This document shows positions 55,860-64,000 of a stretch of DNA of 64,000 bases, in pieces; position 1 is the first letter of the stretch; each line of letters opens with the position of its first letter. The DNA lies in assembly GCF_009914755.1 (NCBI RefSeq), contig NC_060927.1; one strand, written 5' to 3'. Source of the DNA: the human T2T-CHM13v2.0 reference genome, Homo sapiens. Both the position numbers and the translations under genes were made by a program. A model generated the notes under the pieces. The model was not told the origin of the DNA. It made no database searches and saw nothing but the letters and a program-made list of their open reading frames with translations.

Positions 55860-58800
55860 TTTCAGTTCTGGCTAAGACGAAATAACAGGGACTGAATTTT
55901 GTCCTCCTGTCTGAAATAAACAAGGACAAAACAACACATGAAAGAACAGTTTTCAAGACATTGACTATCAGCAAAACAACAGATATCAGTGTGGCAATGC
56001 CTGAGAGATGCAGAACAAGTGAGGGGAGCTGTACAATTACCCCAGCTTGCTACCTTTAGAACATTTCCAGACCATGGAGCAAGAAGGAGGATATCAGGCG
56101 GAGACCAGCAAACTTCCCTAGTTTAGGGTACAGAGCTAAAAGCCTTGGGAGACAATGCAGCTAGAGTTCCAAAGACAGAGAGAAGAGAGATGAACAGAGA
56201 GAGAACTCTAAAGTCAGCCAAGATCCCCTTGTGTATTCAACAAAATATTGATCAGCACCATGCACTGAGAAAATTACTCAAGTATAGAAAAAGAACCCCC
56301 AGAAAAGATTAGAGAGAACAGTATCTAGTGTTCACATAGGGGCAAGAATACTGCCTGTTCTCACTAGCAAGACTGGAAAACATCATTATGCACCAGCATT
56401 AGGTAGAGCACTCACAAAGGGCTTGCCTAACTGGTAGGGAATAATTAACTCTAGACTGAACACAGCTTTGGTCTCACCTAACAAATATGAAAAGCAATAA
56501 CCTAAAAGATCAAACTGTTGCCAAGTAACTGAACTGTATCACAGAACAAGGCTCAAAAATATTTACAGAAATACAAAAATATCCAGCACCCAACAATGGA
56601 TAAAGAAGTTTAACTCATAGTGATAAAGAGGCAAATACATGATAATCCTAAATTTTTATGTTCCAGAAAACAGAACTTCAAAAAGCAAGAAGCAAAAACT
56701 GATAGAACTTCAAGAAGAAATAGACAAAGCCACAATTGATTGTGGCAGATTTTAATATCCTCTCTCTCAACAATTGATAGAACAAGGAGACAGAAAATTA
56801 GTAAGGGATATACAAAACTTGAACGACACTGTTAACCAACATGATCTAATTGGTATTTATAGAATACTCTCCACCTAACAATAGCACAATACACATTATT
56901 TTGAAGTGTAAATGAAATATTTACCAAGATAGATTATATTCTGAGACATAAATTAATTCTCAATAAACTTAAAAGGATTAAGTTCATAGAAAGTACATCT
57001 TCTGGTCAAAATGGAATTAAATTATAAATCAGTAACAGAAAGATCTCTGAAAAATCACTAAATATTTGAAAAGTGAACAACATACTTCCAAATAACCCAC
57101 AGGTCAAAGAAGAAATCAAAAGTGCAATTAGGAAGTATTTGAAGTGTAAGTAAATGAAAACACAACATATCAAAAGCTGTAGATGCTGCTAAAGCTGTAC
57201 TTAGGGGAAAATTTATAGCACTGAATGCCTGTATTAGAAGAAAAGGAATGTCTCAACTCAGTGAGCTCAGCTTCCACACTAAGAAACTAAAAATGGCAAA
57301 GAAATTAAGCCAAATAAAAGCAGAATAAAGGAAATAATAATTATCTACGTGAATATCAATGAAAAAGAAAACAAATGCAACATAGAAAAAAATGAGTGAA
57401 GTTAAAAGCTCATTCTTTGAGCAGACCAATAAACCTCTTGCCAGACCCCCCCCCAAAAAAAGGCAAAAACTTCTTGCTTATTTTTTATCAGTAAAAGAGA
57501 CAGAAAAAGAGAGAAAGGGAGATACAAATTAGCAATTACAGGAATGAAAGAGGTAAAATCACTACAAATTCTACAGTTAATAAAAATATTTACAGAGTAT
57601 ATTAGGAACATCTTTTTGACAATAGATTTTACAACTTAGGTAAAATAGACAAAATCTTTGAATGACAAAAACTACCAAAGCTCACTCAGGAAGAAATAGA
57701 TAGTCTGAATAGTTTCATATATATCAAAAAAATTAATTTGTAGTTAAAAACTGTCCCATAAAGAAACTCCAAGCCCAGATGGCTTCACTGGTGAAAACAT
57801 TAAAGAAAGAAATAACAAGAAATGAAGCAAGGAATAAAAACTTACCAACTAATTCCATGAGGTCCGCATTACCCTAATACTAAAAGCAAACAAAGATATT
57901 ACAAGAAAAGAAAACTCCAGACTAATAGATCTCATTAATATAGATACAAACATTTCAAACAAAATTTTAGAAAATCAAATCCAACAATATGCAGAAAGGA
58001 TAATATACCATAACTTAGTAGGGTCTATCCCAGAAGGGCAAGTTTGGTTTAACATTTTTAAAAAATCAACATAATTTATTATACTAACAAACCAAAAAGA
58101 AAAACTATGTGATCATTTCAATTGGTGCATAAAAAACATTTGACAAAACTAAACACCCATTCCTAGTAAAAACTCTTGGCAAACTAGGAATAGACAGGCA
58201 ATTCTTTAATGTAATAAAAGGCAGATATGAAAAATCTACAACTATAATCATACTTAATTGTGAAAGACTGAATTTTTTGCATAATATTGACAGTAAGACA
58301 AAGATATTCATTCTCACTACTTCTGTTCAACACTTTTCTAAAGATTCTAGCTAGTTCAATAAGGCAAAAAGAATAAAAACATCCAGATGGAAAAAGAATT
58401 AAAACTGTATTTATTCACAGATAACATGAACATCTAGGTAGAAAATTCAATGGATTCCACCAAAAAAAGCTATTAGATCTAACGAGTGAATTTAGAAAAT
58501 TTTCAGACTATAAGCTCAATATATACTAGCAACAAACAATCAGAATTTGAAATTTAAAAACCAATGCCACTTAGAATAACATCAAAAAATATTAACTACT
58601 TAGGAATAAATCTCACAGAAGATGTGAAAGACCTATACAATTAAAACTAAAAAAAAAATACTGAGAGAAATTAAAGATAACCTAATTAAATAGAGTGATA
58701 CACTGTGTTGATGAAACAGAGGACTCAAGATTGTTAAGATGTTAAATCTCCCAAATAGATTTATCGACTCAGTGTAATCTCAATCAAATCCCAGCAGGCT

Positions 58801-59010
58801 TTTTTGAATAAAATAAACTGATTATAAAAATTCATATAGAAATGCAAAGGACCAATAATAACCAAAACAATGTTGAAAAAGAACAAAGTGGAGAACTAAA
58901 ATTACCTAATTTCAAGACTTATTATAAAGCTACAACAATCAAGTCAATGTGTATAGACCTCAATGTACACAACTATATCAAAAGAACACAATAGAGAATC
59001 CAAAAATAGA

Positions 59011-59057
<47 letters not shown>

Positions 59058-60357
59058 ACAATTATTTTCAACAAACGCAGAAGAGCAATTCAATGGAGAG
59101 AGATTTACCTTTCCAAAATAGTGTTAAAATGATTGGATAACTATATGCAAAAAAATGCATTATATACAAAAATAACTTCAAAACGGATTATAGGCCTAAA
59201 TTTAAAACCTAAAACTATAAACTTCTAGAATAAAACACAGGAGAAAATCTTTGTGATCTTGGGTGAGGCAATGATTTCTTATATATGACACAAAAATCCC
59301 AATCCATAAGAAAATCATAAATTTGTATTTCATCAAAATTAAAACTCTTATTCTTCAAAGGATACTGTTAAGAGAATCAAAAGACAAGATACAGACTGGG
59401 AGAAAATCTTTACAAAGCATATATCTGATAAAGGACTTGTCTCCAAAATATGTAAAGAACTCTCAAAACTCTGTAATAAGAAAACAGCCCAGTTTGTTTT
59501 TACATGAGCTAAAGGTTTGAAAAGCTATTTCAATAAAGAAGATACACAGATGGCAAGTAAAAGGTGCTCAACATCATTTGTCTTTAGAGAAATGTATATC
59601 TAAATTACAATTAGACACTCTCACATACCTACTAGAATGGCTAAAGTTAGAAACACTGACCATAGCAAGTATTGATGAGGATGAGCAAGTATTGAAAAGG
59701 ATGCAAAGCCAATGAAACTCTCATATACTGCAGGTGAGAATGTGAGATGGTATAACCCTTTGAAAAACAATTTAGGATTTCATAGTTAACATATACCTAC
59801 TATATGATCCAGCCATTCCTCTCCTAGGGGTTTACCCTAGAGAAATAAAAGCATATGTCCATACAAAGATTTGTAAACATTTGTTTACAACAATTTTATT
59901 TTTAAAAGCCCAAAGTGAAAACAACCCAAATGTCCATCAATAGGTAAATGAATAAACAATTTGTTGCTACATCTATACAAGACTACTCAATAATAAGAAT
60001 GAATGATTGACACGACATTGATAAATATCAAAATAACTATGAGTTGAAGAAGACAGTCAAAAAATACACACTGTTTGATTCTATTTGTATAAATTTTAGA
60101 AAATGCAAACCAATTTATAATGACATAAAGTCTTTCAGTGGTTGCCTGTGGACAACAGGAGTGTGTGAGGGCAGGTAGATGAATAGATTACAACCCTTTG
60201 GGAAAACTTCTGGAGGTGATGAATATACTCATTTTTTTATTTGGGTGATGGTTTCACAGGAGTATGCATGCACCTGCACCCTCACTTATCAAATTGTACA
60301 TGCTAAAAATGTGCAATTTATTGTGTGTCAATTATATCCCAATAAAGCTGTTAAAAA
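55860..60357 (+). mobile_element. Old L1MD/L1ME1-type LINE, 5' region to 3' end, ORF1 largely deleted
   Basis: 5'UTR-like sequence, jump to endonuclease region near 56600, decayed ORF2, 3' end tcaattatatcccaataaagctgttaaaaa. Confidence 0.8.
59014..59055. repeat. (AT)n microsatellite, about 21 units
   Basis: Uninterrupted atat run inside the L1. Confidence 0.97.
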
Positions 60358-60439
60358 CACAAGTTATAAAAGTACAAGGGACCAGCAACATTTTAAAGAG
60401 ATAGTATACTTTTGTTTTTGTTTTATTTTATTTTGTTAT

Positions 60440-61310
60440 CTTGGCGTAGTGGGGAGCTTTTAAATGGGGACTGGAGATAGAAAACTTATACTTCAAAAGA
60501 AAAACAATAGTATACCTGTTGTTAGCTGTACTTGAATTTTTGGTTTTGTTTTTTTTTTTTTCTGCGGTTTGAACTAAATCCTAAATTCTTTGTGGGTTAC
60601 AAGTCCCCAAACTAATGCTTTCAAATTTTTACTTTTATTTTATTTCATTTTATTTTATTTTTTTATTTTTTAATTTTATTATTATTATACTTTAAGTTTT
60701 ACGGTACACGTGCACAACGTGCAGGTTTGTTACATATGTGTACATGTGCCATGTTGGTGTGCTGCACCCATTAACTCGTCATTTAGCATTAGGTATATCT
60801 CCTAATGCTATCCCTCCCCCCTCCCCCCACCCCACAACAGTCCCTGGTGTGTGATATTCCCCTTCCTGAAGCTGGAAACCATCATTCTCAGCAAACTATC
60901 GCAAGGACAGAAAACCAAACACCGCATGTTCTCACTCATAGGTGGGAATTGAACAATGAGAACACATGGACACAGGAAGGGGAAATTTTTACTTTTAAAA
61001 CTGGGAGTTGCACTCCTTATCCTAGCACTCAGTATTTACCTTATAGTACACTGTTCCCCTAAATGCGATACTGAAACTACAGATGACAATACTAACGGCT
61101 TTGCCATGCAAGCCTTGGAACCCCAGCCAGGCCTGCATGAGTACACTCAGGCAGCTGCAAAGTGGTTTCACTCCTTTCACCTTGGGGTCAACACCTACCC
61201 CCACTACACCCCTGATCAGCAGGAAGAAATTAGAGCGGTCTTCACCCTTTTTCCATCTTCATTAGCCAACACCCTAAGATTAAGGTGTTATAAAACCTAA
61301 AAGGAGGGAT
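60440..61310 (+). mobile_element. ERV1 (MER4-group) internal 3' region ending in a polypurine tract
   Basis: cagcaggaagaaattagagcggtc-type 3' region; PPT aaaaggaggga (61299-61309) directly before the LTR; 5' boundary uncertain. Confidence 0.7.
60638..60982 (-). mobile_element. Short 5'-inverted L1PA (about PA3) insertion
   Basis: T-rich tail plus L1PA 3'UTR on minus strand to 60868, then upstream 3'UTR segment on plus strand; TSD aaatttttactttta (60623-60637 / 60983-60997). Confidence 0.93.
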
Positions 61311-61906
61311 TGAAACCGCTTTTGCAAAATTATGACTGACACAGTGAAGGAGATCTAACTTAACTGACTCCATTTTGCTTCTAATCTCTAAGCTGTCCTT
61401 GTTCATTCCTGGGCATAAGCTGAACTAACTTTGGGAGGAACTTAGTTTATACCTTAAAACAAACACAATAACAGCACTTTCCCAAAACAAACCTCCTTCC
61501 TGCCTGGGTACTAGACTACTAACATTAGCCACAGGATTAGAAATTATGGTTTAGGATTCATGCAGCTGGAGGCTACAAGGTTCTGACCCTCCCTAAACTC
61601 CTAAGATCAGGCCTTGAGATGTTTTGCAGACCTTGCATTTGATAGATCAGCTGACACCACCCAGACTGATAAACTGGCTCATCTGATCTTGTGACCTCCC
61701 CCCCAACCCAGGAAATGACTCAGCACAAGAAGGCAGTGACACACTATGATTTCATCTCCAACCCAACCAATCAGCACTCCCAGACTCACTGCCCCTCCCC
61801 AGCCACTAAATTGTATTTAAAAACTCTGATCCCCGAATGGGGAAGACTGATTTGAGTAATAATAAAACTCTGGTCTCCCGCAAACAAATAAATAAATAAA
61901 TAAAAA
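61311..61906 (+). mobile_element. LTR8 lacking U5, followed by an A-rich tail
   Basis: Starts tgaaaccgcttttgcaaaattatgactga (LTR8); ends aataaaactctggtctcccgca then aacaaataaataaataaataaaaa. Confidence 0.88.
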
Positions 61907-62330
61907 GATACTGCTGTAAAAGAGTGAGGGAATCATGAAAGTGTTTTCAGAGAGTGGGGGGAAAAAGCAAGTGCCTCAGAGCTAGACGAAAGGAAAACAG
62001 GGATTGGAGGAGATAAGTATAGGCAGGCTCCAAGCAGTAAAACCCAACCTCCTCAGTTTCATCTGGAGCCGTAGAATGAGATGGCATTAGGAAGTCACAA
62101 GGAATGGGCGTTATCTGATGGCTGTTCAGGGAAAGGGAGATCAGTCAAGTTTTTGCCATTGCTTCTCACAGCTTAACAAGAGTCCCCATTGTCTACAGTG
62201 ACACAGAAAAGCTACCAGGAGCTTAGTAGACCCTGGAGGACTTCATAATCCAACTTCCCCTAAAATCCAAGAACTTCAGGAAAACTCCAAGAGGAAACAA
62301 AGCTTTACAAATTTTCTGGATGACTTAGAT

Positions 62331-62599
62331 CAGTGGTCTCCAAATAATTTTGATTGCAATCTGCTTTAGGTAAAAAAGAATCTGAGCATGTGCCCTCTAA
62401 CTAGGGTCACTCACTACAAGATTACATCCCTGTATGCTGTTATATCCATATAACATGTTGATTTGTTTTAAACAGCATCAAAAATAGAAACAGTACAAGT
62501 ATAAGATAAAAACAAATAAAAATCAGAATTATAATATTCTTCCTACCCTCCATATTCCCTTGCTTACTGGGTGACTACATCTCACTTTGGGGACCACTG
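62331..62599. mobile_element. hAT-Charlie MITE
   Basis: TIRs cagtggtctccaaa / tttggggaccactg; 8-bp TSD acttagat/agttagat. Confidence 0.8.
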
Positions 62600-63598
62600 A
62601 GTTAGATAAAGCATTCTAATTATGTACAGCGGACAAGAATAATCAGACTCAGACCCAGTAGGTTGTGTCAATATTAGGAAGGATAGAAATACTTGTGATA
62701 GGAAAACATTGGAAACAATTGGTCTATTCAAAGATGAATAACCAGTCAAATTTATATCCATTTGTCAGACAATTAAGCAACCATTTAAAATAATATTTCC
62801 AAAGAATATTCCTTGGCACAGAAAATTTTTCATGGTGTGGTATTACATGAAAAAAAATGAATAATAGAAAGATTCCAATTTTATAAAATAAAAAAGTATC
62901 AATGTGTCATAGAAAAAACTGGGCAGAAATGTATTGAGGTGTGGCTGAATTGTGGCTAATTTTACATTTCTATCTGATCTTTTCTGTACTTTCCAAATGC
63001 TCTACAATGAAAATTTTCCACTACATAATTATAAAAACACAATAATTTGGTAAAGAAAGCATTGCAAATAAGTCCACCAGGCAGTAAAGATCAGTGACTC
63101 TGAGGACGCACCTACAAATCTAGTGAGACATTAAAAGGGTTAGAAATAAAATTTTAAAAACAAAAAATCAAAACTCTAAGCATAATGTAAAGGAATCTGG
63201 GCTCGCAGCAATACTCAGGATACGCATTCACCCCGACCCTCTACAGACATCCACCCTGCATGTGCTGGTCATGTCACAGGCTCTAGGTGAGGCCCTGGGA
63301 TGTAAAGATGCTTCCGATGCAAGCGCCCTGCCCTAGAGTATTTCAGTCAGTTGTCTTGTGTTCTCATGCTGTGTTATCAGAAACAAAAAGCAAAAATACT
63401 TTCTTCCCTTATGCAAAGCCGCTTTTTGTTTTTCTGTTAAACAAAGCAGTTAAGAGATGTTCTCGCCACCACAACCCGGAAAGGTACAACTACTAGAGAT
63501 TCTGAGAAAGACAAATAAAATGGGAATATCAGACAAGGGGAAAGGTTAGAGTCTTCAGTCTGAAGGCCAAGAGGAGAAGACATCTGCATCCAAGAACC

Positions 63599-64000
<402 letters not shown>

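Noticed and set aside
59664-59703. 20-bp tandem duplication agcaagtattgatgaggatg
   Set aside because: Routine slippage duplication inside a dead L1

Overview
Primate (human/ape-type) nuclear genomic DNA, intergenic or deep-intronic. No protein-coding gene, RNA gene or CRISPR array can be supported, and the locus cannot be named. More than half of the window is recognisable transposable-element sequence: six Alus (J, Sc x2, Sq, Y x2), three long, old, internally deleted L1M elements, two young L1PA pieces, many MIR/L2/CR1 relics, MaLR/ERVL/ERV1 LTRs and hAT/MULE DNA transposons. Subfamily names come from recalled consensus features and need RepeatMasker/Dfam confirmation. The only long ORFs with clear protein homology are broken L1 ORF2 fragments (12744-13951). 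I found no convincing new biological system. The best oddities are: (1) an ERV1/LTR8 copy ending at its poly(A) site with an A-rich tail, probably an L1-retroposed ERV mRNA, itself hosting a twin-primed L1PA; (2) a tail-less, TSD-less internal L1PA ORF2 fragment inside an old L1; (3) an old ~130-bp copy of nearby sequence plus a hairpin inserted into an L2 tail; (4) a repeat-free block with a POU-site cluster (enhancer candidate); (5) a Ricksha MULE with both TIRs, a 9-bp TSD and a transposase remnant; (6) a very young AluY.
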